Shown piece after piece: positions 8,958 to 17,571 of a stretch of DNA of 64,000 nt (its first letter is position 1; each line of letters starts with the position of its first letter). The notes under the pieces were generated by a model that saw only the letters and a list, made by a program, of their open reading frames with translations, was not told the DNA's origin and did not search any database. Source of the stretch: a virus (taxonomy: Duplodnaviria > Caudoviricetes). The stretch spans positions 1 to 64,000 of IMG/VR virus record IMGVR_UViG_3300021399_000008, one strand, 5' to 3'. The position numbers and the translations under genes were made by a program.

Positions 8958-9665
8958 ATGGCCGAATTAGCCGAAATTGCCGAAAGAAATTGGTTCGTTA
9001 TTCAGAAAGATCTCGATCTTTCGAAAGTCCCGGTTGAAACCGATAAACTGACTCTCGATATGGTTCGAGTCTCTGGCGAACTCGACTTCTCGAACTATCC
9101 GAATCTCAGCGAAATTCGGATTAAACACTGTCGGTTCGACTCTGTTAAGGTTATCGGACTGAACAGTACGAGCCTCGATATCGATTATTCCTACTTCTAC
9201 GACCTGAAACTCGAAAACTGTAAGTTCCTCTCGATCTTCGCTTCGAGTTCGGATTTCGTGCTCTGTGACCTGTCTAGCGATAGCTCTGTCAGACTGGTTA
9301 AAGGTTATAACCTTGATTTCCTGCACGTCAGTGTGGCAGGTAAGGTTTATAAACGCGACTACGTCACTTCGTTACAGATTAAGCCAACGAGCTGGATAGG
9401 GTACAAGACTGTTAACGAGTTCGGTGAAGATTATATCGTTACGTTCAGGATTCCTGAAGACAGCAGTGCTCAGAAACTGAACAGTAACCTCTATCTCTGT
9501 GACTTCGCCGAAGTCCTGAGTATAGAGAAACAGGATCCTGATTCTCTCCAGACTGAGTACCTTACCGATGTCTGTGAGACTGGTTTCGCTGGAAACCCCG
9601 ACACTGAGTATAAAGTCGGAAAGACTTACTCAGGTGAGAGACTCAGGCTTACGAAAACTAGGTAA
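8958..9665 (+). CDS. degenerate pentapeptide/LRR-like repeat protein with a DUF5758-like C-terminus
   Basis: WIGYK...IVTFRIPEDS...CDFAEVLSI...TEYKVGK pattern. Confidence 0.55.
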   Translation: MAELAEIAERNWFVIQKDLDLSKVPVETDKLTLDMVRVSGELDFSNYPNLSEIRIKHCRFDSVKVIGLNSTSLDIDYSYFYDLKLENCKFLSIFASSSDFVLCDLSSDSSVRLVKGYNLDFLHVSVAGKVYKRDYVTSLQIKPTSWIGYKTVNEFGEDYIVTFRIPEDSSAQKLNSNLYLCDFAEVLSIEKQDPDSLQTEYLTDVCETGFAGNPDTEYKVGKTYSGERLRLTKTR

Positions 9666-9981
9666 AGCCCGACCGAAGGTCGGAACTCCGAGCGTTAGCG
9701 AGGAAAGAAGAAATCCCGCTACGGATACTCTCTATGACTGGTTTAGCGTCGCTTCAGCTGACGCAGTCGCTCCGCTTAGACTATGAAGGTCTAAGCAGAG
9801 TAGCCGCAGGCTACTAGCTTAGTACGTGAAGGGTAAGCCGATTCGGGTACTACGGATGTTCGAGTGCAGACTCACTCCTACTAACGTAGTCGTTCGTCTT
9901 AGATTATGGAGAGTCAGATGGCTCTTCTTAATAAATTCTTATTACTAAATTATTATTGAAAAAGAAAGGTGGAAACTACAC

Positions 9982-10395
9982 ATGTTCAAGACCGAAATTA
10001 TTGGTAACCTCACTAAGGATCCTCAGACCCGTGAATTCACTGCTCCTAATGGTGACAAGCGCACCGTGTGCAACTTTGATGTTGCTGTGGACACTGGCTA
10101 TGGCGACAACAAGAAGACCCATTTCGTCCGTATCAGCGTCTGGGGTAAGTCTGGTGAAGCCTGCGCGAAGTACCTGGCAAAGGGCAAGAAGATCTACGCG
10201 AAGGGTATCGTGACCGCGAACGCCTACGTGAATAAGGATGGCCAGCCTGCCGGACAGCTCCAGCTGAATGCTGATGAAATCGAGTTCCTGAGCCCTGCTG
10301 GCGGTAACGGTGCTAGCGCTGCTCCCGCTCCTCAGGCGAACTACTCCCAGGCCGGATTCACTGAAGAGCCCTCTACTGACGACCTGCCCTTTTAA
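9982..10395 (+). CDS. ssb: single-stranded DNA-binding protein
   Basis: IIGNLTKDP, VCNFDVAV, WGKSGE.CAKYLAKG, DDLPF tail. Confidence 0.95.
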   Translation: MFKTEIIGNLTKDPQTREFTAPNGDKRTVCNFDVAVDTGYGDNKKTHFVRISVWGKSGEACAKYLAKGKKIYAKGIVTANAYVNKDGQPAGQLQLNADEIEFLSPAGGNGASAAPAPQANYSQAGFTEEPSTDDLPF

Positions 10396-10470
10396 GGGAA
10401 ATCCCGGGACGTACACCAGAAGTACGTCCCGGGTTACTTTTCTGAATTTAATTAAGAAAGGAGTAAGATT

Positions 10471-10638
10471 ATGCCGGAAGATAACCTTATCGAATCTATG
10501 TATATGGATTCGGACTGCGAGCTTGGCGAAGACGAGTATGCCTGGTTTCGCGAGTACGAAGAGTGGGAGAATCAGAACCTGAAGTTCGATGTCGACGATT
10601 TCGCTAATGAGTATTTCGGAGGTGAAATCCCGGCATAA
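10471..10638 (+). CDS. small highly acidic protein (55 aa, absent from the ORF track)
   Basis: AGAAAGGAG RBS; MPEDNLIESMYMDSDCELGEDEYAWFREYEEWENQNLKFDVDDFANEYFGGEIPA. Confidence 0.75.
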   Translation: MPEDNLIESMYMDSDCELGEDEYAWFREYEEWENQNLKFDVDDFANEYFGGEIPA

Positions 10639-10783
10639 TATATTCCTTCCTTCAACCCGACGAGCCGATAGGCGAGTCAGCCATTTAGCCGTGAGCGCGA
10701 GCAACGCTAACGCGAAGCGTTCTGTTGCGAAGCAACGAGCGATATCTGTTTACTAACTGTGATTAAAGAAAGGTGGTTTCAAA

Positions 10784-11416
10784 ATGATTAAGGTAAACGT
10801 ACGTACCGACAAAGGCAATTCCGTTCCCTCTCAGCTGACCAACGAGAACCGGAAGATCGAAGACTTCCTCGCTTCCGTTGGTGTTCCTGTGACCTCTGCG
10901 ACTCAGATCTACGCGAACGGCCAGATCTGTGACGCCGACACTCTCCTGGCTGATATCGACGCAGAAGAAGTGACCCTGATGCTGTGTGAGAAGATGCAGC
11001 TTGGTGCGAAGATGCACGTCGCTGGTCATGCTCTGGCTCTGACTTCCGAGTACCTGGACATCATTAAGGATGCGGCTGCTCATAAGCCCGAAGCCCTGAT
11101 TGTCCGCGATCCTGAGACGAAGGAACCTGTGTTTAAGGTTGAAGTTGCCGAAGGCGACGAGTACGGTGATATCGGGAAGTACGGTGTCACGTTCTCGAAT
11201 AAGGCCGACAGCTACGGTAACGCCGTGGCTACAACTGTCCTGAATCTGGATATGTTCGACGATCCCTATGTTCAGGATATCCGTGAGAAGCTTGTCCAGG
11301 AGTATGGTCCTGTCCTCGCGAACCTGCAGAAGGTTGAGGAGCAGATCGAGAAGGCTCGTGGCGAACTCGAGGCTCAGGTTCAGGCTACCGAAGGTATGAT
11401 CGTGATCGCGCATTAA
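10784..11416 (+). CDS. ubiquitin-like (beta-grasp) domain fused to a C-terminal domain
   Basis: residues 1-74 show a beta-grasp pattern (IKVNV...IEDFL..VGV....IYANG......LADI....TLML..K..G); operon context with JAB and E1. Confidence 0.6.
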   Translation: MIKVNVRTDKGNSVPSQLTNENRKIEDFLASVGVPVTSATQIYANGQICDADTLLADIDAEEVTLMLCEKMQLGAKMHVAGHALALTSEYLDIIKDAAAHKPEALIVRDPETKEPVFKVEVAEGDEYGDIGKYGVTFSNKADSYGNAVATTVLNLDMFDDPYVQDIREKLVQEYGPVLANLQKVEEQIEKARGELEAQVQATEGMIVIAH

Positions 11417-11495
11417 AGCCAGCACTATCTCCGGGTCCGCGCTAAGACGGACCCGGAGAGATTTAATTTATTAAACGCAGAGGAGAGGTGAGAAC

Positions 11496-12959
11496 TTGAA
11501 TTACAGTAATAAATGGTCTACTCAGATCGTGAAATCCCTGACGAGTCAGGCAGTTAGAATTATGCACTCAGCTTTCGACGTAGACGGACCTGAAGGATTA
11601 ACGATAGATAATTCGCTCGCTTCTTGTCTGCGCTTAATCTCAACTATGATGCCGGGTGCGAACATAAAGCTTTACTTCCAGTTTTCCGACAAGTTCTCGG
11701 AGTTCGAAGATGTTCTCGGTTCTTCGAGTAAATACGGAGCAGTCGTTGTGAATCTTGCTACTAAACCAGATAGTCTCAACGACTTTATTAAGGAAGTGAA
11801 CTCGCATCATTATAAAGGCGAAGCTCAGCTCTGTTCATTCTTTAAATCGAAAGGAATCCAAAACCCGTATGTGTGCTCGAATAATAGTACTGTCCATTTC
11901 TTCTTTCAGCAGTTCACTGAGAAGGAGCTTTGGGCTCTGATCTCAACGATACCAGTCTGGCTGAAGAAGAATGCATACGGCTATCCTTGCGGATTCAAAG
12001 GCGAAGAGAAGCTCCTTGAGTTTTTCGGGATGTTCGACAAGGGCCAGATAGCCGAAGCCTACGAGTTCCTGAACACGACTTCGTTCTATGACGAGTTCAT
12101 CGAGAAGAAGCTGTATGGGAAACTGAAGTCGATCCGTCAGCTGAATATCACGAAAGAGATTGAACACTTTGCCGGGATCGAGCGGCAGAGTAAGGAACAG
12201 CTGCAGGTATACGAGCGGAAGATCCTCGAGGCGAAGGCGAATCTTTCAAATGCGAAGTTCACTCTTCTCGGTCTGAATCTGGCTATGGATAATCTCGAGA
12301 AGGAAGTTGATAAACTGAAGACCGAGCTGAACAATTTGCTCGCGAAGAATCCTACGCTCTCAGTTCTTGAACTTACGTCCGACACTATGACCTTTACCTA
12401 TACGACTACGTACAGGAACTGGGATCAGAAGCTGATTGAGGCAATGATCGATAACCCGAAGTCGATATGTTATCAGGATATCCCGATTACTGCTGCTTTC
12501 AGCATTATCGGCGAGAGCGACCACGAGACTGCGAAGGAAGTCCTGAAAGCGATCTTCGTAGATCAGGTCCTGAAGATCAGAACTGCCTGTGGCTTCTACT
12601 TCAGGATGAGTTCGACGAACCCTGCTGTTAAGCGTCTGGATGCCGATATTACAACCTCAGTGATCGGTGACAGTGCGATGAAGAACATGATCCTGAATCC
12701 GAATATCATGAGCTATGACTGCTTTGGAAGCTACAGTCTTCCGATTAGGACAGCCCTGCAGGATTCGGACATTATCCGAGCTATCGCTGTAGCTATGACT
12801 GCCGCAGCCTCGATTACTGTTGACGAAGGACCGACTGCCGGACAGATCTACCGTGCAATCTGGGATAACCGTCCCATTATGGAGAATCTGGAAGGTGACG
12901 TTCTGAATCTTGAACAGGCAATAGAGTATTTGAAGAGGGAGGGATACTATGTACCTTGA
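11496..12959 (+). CDS. coiled-coil protein with a putative prokaryotic E2-like C-terminal domain
   Basis: NPNIMSYDCFG resembles the xPH/N...C.G catalytic motif of bacterial E2s; lies between Ubl and JAB. Confidence 0.5.
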   Translation: MNYSNKWSTQIVKSLTSQAVRIMHSAFDVDGPEGLTIDNSLASCLRLISTMMPGANIKLYFQFSDKFSEFEDVLGSSSKYGAVVVNLATKPDSLNDFIKEVNSHHYKGEAQLCSFFKSKGIQNPYVCSNNSTVHFFFQQFTEKELWALISTIPVWLKKNAYGYPCGFKGEEKLLEFFGMFDKGQIAEAYEFLNTTSFYDEFIEKKLYGKLKSIRQLNITKEIEHFAGIERQSKEQLQVYERKILEAKANLSNAKFTLLGLNLAMDNLEKEVDKLKTELNNLLAKNPTLSVLELTSDTMTFTYTTTYRNWDQKLIEAMIDNPKSICYQDIPITAAFSIIGESDHETAKEVLKAIFVDQVLKIRTACGFYFRMSSTNPAVKRLDADITTSVIGDSAMKNMILNPNIMSYDCFGSYSLPIRTALQDSDIIRAIAVAMTAAASITVDEGPTAGQIYRAIWDNRPIMENLEGDVLNLEQAIEYLKREGYYVP

Positions 12960-13524
12960 TCTGGAATCTGTACCTGACTATGCCGAGAGTGAAGACCCGT
13001 TCACTCTTATTATACCCAGCTCCGTTGAGGACAAGATCTTCACGGCTACGAACTACGTCGAAAGTGAGATCGCCTGGTTTGGAGTCGTGAAAGAACTCCG
13101 GCCTCTTGAATTCTACCTCGAAGATATTCTGATCTTCCCTCAGACAGTGACTGGTGTAACCGTCGAGACTGACGAGGCTGAATTTGCTAAGTGGATGGCT
13201 AACCTCAGCGACGACGAGTACAGTAAGCTGAAGTTCCACTGCCACTCTCACGTGAAGATGTCCACAACTCCCAGCGCAACCGATCAGAAGTACTATAAGT
13301 CTCAGATCGAGAACATGGACAATGACGACTACAAGATCTTCATGATCGTGAACCAGTGGCTTCAGTATGATGCCGTCCTGGTAGATAAGAAACACAAGAT
13401 CTACTACCCTGACTGCAAGTATGAGATCCACATCGGATCTGACTCTACGATTGGCCAGATCTATAAGTATGTGAAAGAAGTTCCGACAGAAAAGGAAAAG
13501 GAGAAATTGAATGAACCTGCTTAA
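12949..13524 (+). CDS. JAB/MPN metallo-isopeptidase
   Basis: N-terminal Glu (EIAW) and HSH...PSATD JAMM motif. Confidence 0.9.
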   Translation: MYLDLESVPDYAESEDPFTLIIPSSVEDKIFTATNYVESEIAWFGVVKELRPLEFYLEDILIFPQTVTGVTVETDEAEFAKWMANLSDDEYSKLKFHCHSHVKMSTTPSATDQKYYKSQIENMDNDDYKIFMIVNQWLQYDAVLVDKKHKIYYPDCKYEIHIGSDSTIGQIYKYVKEVPTEKEKEKLNEPA

Positions 13525-14191
13525 GAGCTATAAGTTCTTCGATCCTACAGGCTTCAGTGATCGGATCCACATCATCGGGTGTGGGTCCGTAGGGTCTACT
13601 ATCGCAGAGCTTCTCGCCAGATATGGTTTCACGCAGTTCGTACTGTACGATTTCGATACCGTCAGCAGTCACAATATCGTGAACCAGATGTTCTTCAACG
13701 ATCAGATCGAAACTCCGAAGGTGGATGCTGTTGAGGCAGTTTTGAAGGCGATTAACCCTGATGTCCGTGTCCTGAAGATGCGGAAGGGCTGGACTGGCCA
13801 GAACCTCAGCGGATACGTCTTCCTATGTCTCGACAATATCGAACTCAGGAAAGAGATCTGTGAGGCTAACCTCTACAACGAGAATATTACTGGAGTTTTC
13901 GACGTCAGAACTGGCCTCACGAACGCTCAGGCATATTTCTCTACGTGGGATACCGAAGAGGCGAAATCGTGGCTGATTTCTACAATGAATTTCAGTAAAG
14001 AGGAAGCGAATCAATCGACTCCTCTGTCCGGCTGTAACGTCGCACAGTCGGTAGCTGCTACTCTCAGACTGATCTGTTCTCTTCAGGTAGCGAACTTCGT
14101 GAATTACCTGAGAAAAGAAGGTTCTGTCTTCCAGCTTGCGACTGTTGATACTGATTCCTTCAGCCTGAATACGATCCCGTTAAAAAACTGA
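13511..14191 (+). CDS. ThiF/E1-like adenylating enzyme
   Basis: IIGCGSVGS, DFDTVSSHNIVNQ, CLDN, DVRTG, Cys in PLSGC. Confidence 0.95.
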   Translation: MNLLKSYKFFDPTGFSDRIHIIGCGSVGSTIAELLARYGFTQFVLYDFDTVSSHNIVNQMFFNDQIETPKVDAVEAVLKAINPDVRVLKMRKGWTGQNLSGYVFLCLDNIELRKEICEANLYNENITGVFDVRTGLTNAQAYFSTWDTEEAKSWLISTMNFSKEEANQSTPLSGCNVAQSVAATLRLICSLQVANFVNYLRKEGSVFQLATVDTDSFSLNTIPLKN

Positions 14192-14398
14192 AGCGAGATC
14201 AGTGTGACGAAGATGAATGGAGATTCTTATCCAATTCAGATGTCTTTGATATTCCGCTGAATCCAACATATACAGGCATTGATGGCTGGGTTGGTTTGCG
14301 GAATGATTTGGATGGTTTGCCGCTTGAAGTTGAAGCCGAAGCGGTCCCAGATGAAACAGAACCAGGATGGCATACATTTTGATCGGAGGTGAACAGGA

Positions 14399-14809
14399 AT
14401 AAAAGTTTACGTAGTAATGGCTGGCGATTACTCCGAACGCCATATCGAAGGAATCTTCGATAGTGAGGAAAAGGCTAAACATTACGTAAAACTGTTCGAC
14501 TTAATGTGGATGTATAAAAATGCGCGTATAGAAGCCTATGAGCTGAACAGTAAAAACGAAGACGAATCTTGGTGTTGGTATGACTGGATTCGTTGTACGT
14601 ACAACGTGGACAATAATACTGTGACCACAGAAGGTGAATTTTACGAAGAAGATGAATGTGTCTACGGATTAAGCAACAATAAATACTTTGAATTCTCAGT
14701 CAGGTTTGATGAACAACTGGCCGACGAGTCGGTTCTCCTGAAGATTGCACAGGATCGCTGGGCAAGGTACAAGTACGAACATTCTGACGAGGAGGAGACT
14801 AATGTGTGA
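14399..14809 (+). CDS. hypothetical protein, apparent ATA start
   Basis: GGAGG at 14385 then ATA AAA GTT TAC GTA GTA ATG, giving (M)KVYVVMAGDYS; the track starts at 14417. Confidence 0.65.
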   Translation: MKVYVVMAGDYSERHIEGIFDSEEKAKHYVKLFDLMWMYKNARIEAYELNSKNEDESWCWYDWIRCTYNVDNNTVTTEGEFYEEDECVYGLSNNKYFEFSVRFDEQLADESVLLKIAQDRWARYKYEHSDEEETNV

Positions 14810-15062
14810 CTACATTATTGACTATGATGGGAACACATACAGGAGACTTACTGACTGGATTCAGCTGAAGGATGGGAAGTTCGAGCTGAATAACAAGACC
14901 TACAGTCTCGAAGATGACTTCGATAACCTCAACTATCCGATTTTCTACGACGATGATGAAGGTAAATTATGTTTCCTGTCAGCCGTCGAAAAGGATGAGT
15001 GGGTTCACCCGTTCCTGTTGGAACTGTCCGAATGCGTCGACTGGATTCGTGTCTACAGTTGA
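14802..15062 (+). CDS. hypothetical protein, probable paralog of 17188..17571
   Basis: GGAGG RBS; YRRLTDWI / YSL..F / PIF.DD.GK...L pattern shared with the 17188 ORF. Confidence 0.7.
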   Translation: MCDYIIDYDGNTYRRLTDWIQLKDGKFELNNKTYSLEDDFDNLNYPIFYDDDEGKLCFLSAVEKDEWVHPFLLELSECVDWIRVYS

Positions 15063-15095
15063 CGCGACTATACTATGAAAGGAAGGTGTTCTGAA

Positions 15096-16235
15096 ATGTA
15101 TATTGTGATGAGAGCACATACGAAACATAACCCTGTATCTTATGAGAACCTGATCGCTGGTAAGTGCGGAACAGTTAAGTGGAAGAACACCAAGAACTTC
15201 ACGGTAACGAAGAAGGTTCCGACGAATTCAGTCAACTGCAACAAGAAGCTAATCGACAAAGGTGTATTGGCTCTTAGACAGATCACGAAACAGTTCGAGA
15301 GTGAAGGTCTCTGTCCTGATTCGATGTATAAACATTACCAGATTCCGAAGAAGACTGGCGGTATGCGGAACATCGACGAGCCGAATGATGAACTGAAGGG
15401 TTGGCAGAATGAAATCGTGCGAATCCTGAAGGAATACTTTGGTGTGATGCACCACACAAATGCGTACGGTTACGTAGAGAAGAGGTGTTGTATTGACGTA
15501 GCAGAGAAACACAGACTGGCTGGATCCAACTGGTTCCTGAAGATCGACATTTCAGACTTCTTCGGGAGCACTACTCTGGACCACCTGGTTAAACAGATGG
15601 GCCAGGTCTATCCGTTCGCTAACCTGATAGACTCGTGGCATTGGTATTATGAAGAGATATTCAGGAAAGCTTTGAAAATCTGCTTCCTGAATGGAGGACT
15701 GCCGCAGGGTAGTCCTGCTTCACCGCTCCTCACAAATCTGCTTATGATCCCTTTTGACTACGAGATCACGAAGAAACTGACAGCCAAAGGACTCATCTAT
15801 ACCAGATACTCTGATGATATGCAGATCTCTGGCAGACAGGAGTTCGACTGGCAGGAAGTCGTGAACATCGTACGGGAAACATTCAAGGAACTCGGTGCGC
15901 CTTATGTTATCAAAGATAAGAAGACGCATTACGGGAACATCAATGGCCGAAACTGGATGCTCGGTGTGAAGATCAACAAAGACAGAAACATTACTGTCGG
16001 CTGGGAAAATCACAAGACATTCAAGGCCAAGATGTATCGCTTTATCATGGACTACGATCACCTCAGCTATGAGGATAGAGCAAAGTTCATCGGTCTAGCG
16101 AACTATTACAAAGCTGTTGAGCCGGACTTCGTGAAGAAAACGTTTGAGCATTACAGGTTTGAGAAAGAAGAAACCAGACGAATCCTGATCGACTTTACTC
16201 AGCCGTTCAATACTCTGTTTAAAGTTGTCCGGTAA
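15096..16235 (+). CDS. retron-like reverse transcriptase
   Basis: IPKKTGGMRNI..P, AYGY...R, AEKH (region-X-like), KIDISDFF, LPQGSPASP, YTRYSDD, MLG in place of VTG; RBS favours ATG 15096. Confidence 0.9.
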   Translation: MYIVMRAHTKHNPVSYENLIAGKCGTVKWKNTKNFTVTKKVPTNSVNCNKKLIDKGVLALRQITKQFESEGLCPDSMYKHYQIPKKTGGMRNIDEPNDELKGWQNEIVRILKEYFGVMHHTNAYGYVEKRCCIDVAEKHRLAGSNWFLKIDISDFFGSTTLDHLVKQMGQVYPFANLIDSWHWYYEEIFRKALKICFLNGGLPQGSPASPLLTNLLMIPFDYEITKKLTAKGLIYTRYSDDMQISGRQEFDWQEVVNIVRETFKELGAPYVIKDKKTHYGNINGRNWMLGVKINKDRNITVGWENHKTFKAKMYRFIMDYDHLSYEDRAKFIGLANYYKAVEPDFVKKTFEHYRFEKEETRRILIDFTQPFNTLFKVVR

Positions 16236-16246
16236 AACAATAATTC

Positions 16247-16565
16247 TCTAAGTGTTATGTATATCCGCGTGAGAAACGGGGCTTCTGATGTTATTAGAAG
16301 TAAAGAATTAATCGAGTCTTACGACGTCGTCGCCGCGTAGGCGCCTTCAGATCGCAGGCCCGGAGGAACCGACGAGCAAAGCACGTCGGTACCTCCGAGG
16401 CCCGCGTTCCTAAGGCGCCACTCGGCGACGACGTCTATGACCGTTCGTCCTGGATCTCGAGCTGCAGAACCTGAAACGCAGCATCCTGCTGGTTTCAGGT
16501 TCTCGCAGCTCGAGATCCAGGACTCACTCTTCACAATTTGTATAATTCTTATAGATGCACTTAGA
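16247..16565 (+). ncRNA. retron msr/msd-like ncRNA downstream of the RT
   Basis: terminal inverted repeat TCTAAGTG/CACTTAGA, two small 5' hairpins, inner stem AAGAATTA/TAATTCTT, long hairpins at 16323-16435 and 16447-16523. Confidence 0.8.
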
Positions 16566-16610
16566 TTGACGTAACTGTTAACTGCACGACCGAATAGGAA
16601 AGGAGAATCT

Positions 16611-16880
16611 ATGTACGTTAATGTCTTCGACCTGATCCTTTTGTCTCTCGCAGTATTCGCTATCGTAATATGCTCCTTTATCCTGGGTTATAAGGCAGCT
16701 CAGGAATCCTTCGAACAGAAGGAGAAGGGAGCGAAAGCGGCTGTCGAGCAGTACCAGAAAGTGATGCATGACAATTACTATCTCAGCCAGTCTGAGAAGA
16801 GATGGAATTCGAACTACTCATCTGAGAATTCCAGCAACATATTCAGCCTGACTTCCTATCCTAAGGAAGAACAGGCATAA
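16611..16880 (+). CDS. small single-pass membrane protein
   Basis: AAAGGAG RBS; N-terminal hydrophobic helix. Confidence 0.75.
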   Translation: MYVNVFDLILLSLAVFAIVICSFILGYKAAQESFEQKEKGAKAAVEQYQKVMHDNYYLSQSEKRWNSNYSSENSSNIFSLTSYPKEEQA

Positions 16881-16896
16881 TCTGAGACATTATCCA

Positions 16897-16941
16897 TGTC
16901 GGGAGTGGTCGCGCTGCAGGCGATTGCTCCCGATATTTTTT
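16897..16941 (+). terminator. intrinsic terminator closing the Ubl/RT transcription unit
   Basis: TGTCGGGAGTGGTCGC/GCGATTGCTCCCGATA plus T-run. Confidence 0.75.
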
Positions 16942-16969
16942 ATTTCCAATTAAGAAAGGGGATATCTGT

Positions 16970-17146
16970 ATGGCGCACATCTACATCGTAAAGGTTTTCG
17001 ACGGAGAAGCAATCGAGTACGAATATTCCAACCTGGCACATGCGAAGGAACACTTCGCTGAAGAGAAGAGTCCCTGTGAACTTATTGATTATGTCTGGGA
17101 TTCGGAGAAACAGAAGCGGAAATATACGCTGCTGAAACGGAAGTAA
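16970..17146 (+). CDS. small hypothetical protein (absent from track)
   Basis: GAAAGGGG RBS; MAHIYIVKVFDGEAIEYEYSNL... Confidence 0.7.
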   Translation: MAHIYIVKVFDGEAIEYEYSNLAHAKEHFAEEKSPCELIDYVWDSEKQKRKYTLLKRK

Positions 17147-17187
17147 AAAATTTCCCTTCAGCCGTACGAAAAGGAAAGGAGTTAGCT

Positions 17188-17571
17188 ATGGCTTACAGAG
17201 AATTTGAAACGTTGGACCACCACAAATTGTACAGGGTCAGCCGCTGGATCAAGATCCATTTCTCTGAAAAGGTTTCTGTCCGCAGCCCTCTCTGGGACTA
17301 CGCCACAGATGAAAACGGTTACTGTCCCTACAGCGACCACTTCAACCCTGCTAATGGCTGTTACGTTGATTACTTTGTTTTCAACGGAAGAAAGTATGCG
17401 CTCAGTCAGTTCCTTCGCCTGTCTCAGCCATGGGGTTTTCCTGTGATCTTTAAGGATGAACACGGAAAGATGGTGAGTCTTGCCGGGTATGACCTCGAGA
17501 ATTACTACAGACCGATCATGATCGAGGTTGATGATGTCGGGGAATCGGTCAGAGTGTATGTGGAAGACTAG
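17188..17571 (+). CDS. hypothetical protein (ends in TAG; may read through to a TGA)
   Basis: AAAGGAG RBS, 127 aa. Confidence 0.8.
   Translation: MAYREFETLDHHKLYRVSRWIKIHFSEKVSVRSPLWDYATDENGYCPYSDHFNPANGCYVDYFVFNGRKYALSQFLRLSQPWGFPVIFKDEHGKMVSLAGYDLENYYRPIMIEVDDVGESVRVYVED

Noticed and set aside
13511-14191. Thiamine/molybdopterin biosynthesis ThiF/MoeB
   Set aside because: Lacks the Zn-binding CxxC pairs and any pathway genes; neighbours are JAB, E2-like and Ubl-like.
15096-16235. DGR or group II intron RT
   Set aside because: Has LPQG..ASP rather than the DGR-type LPIG..SQ, no TR/VR pair or Avd was seen, and there is no maturase domain or intron domain V.
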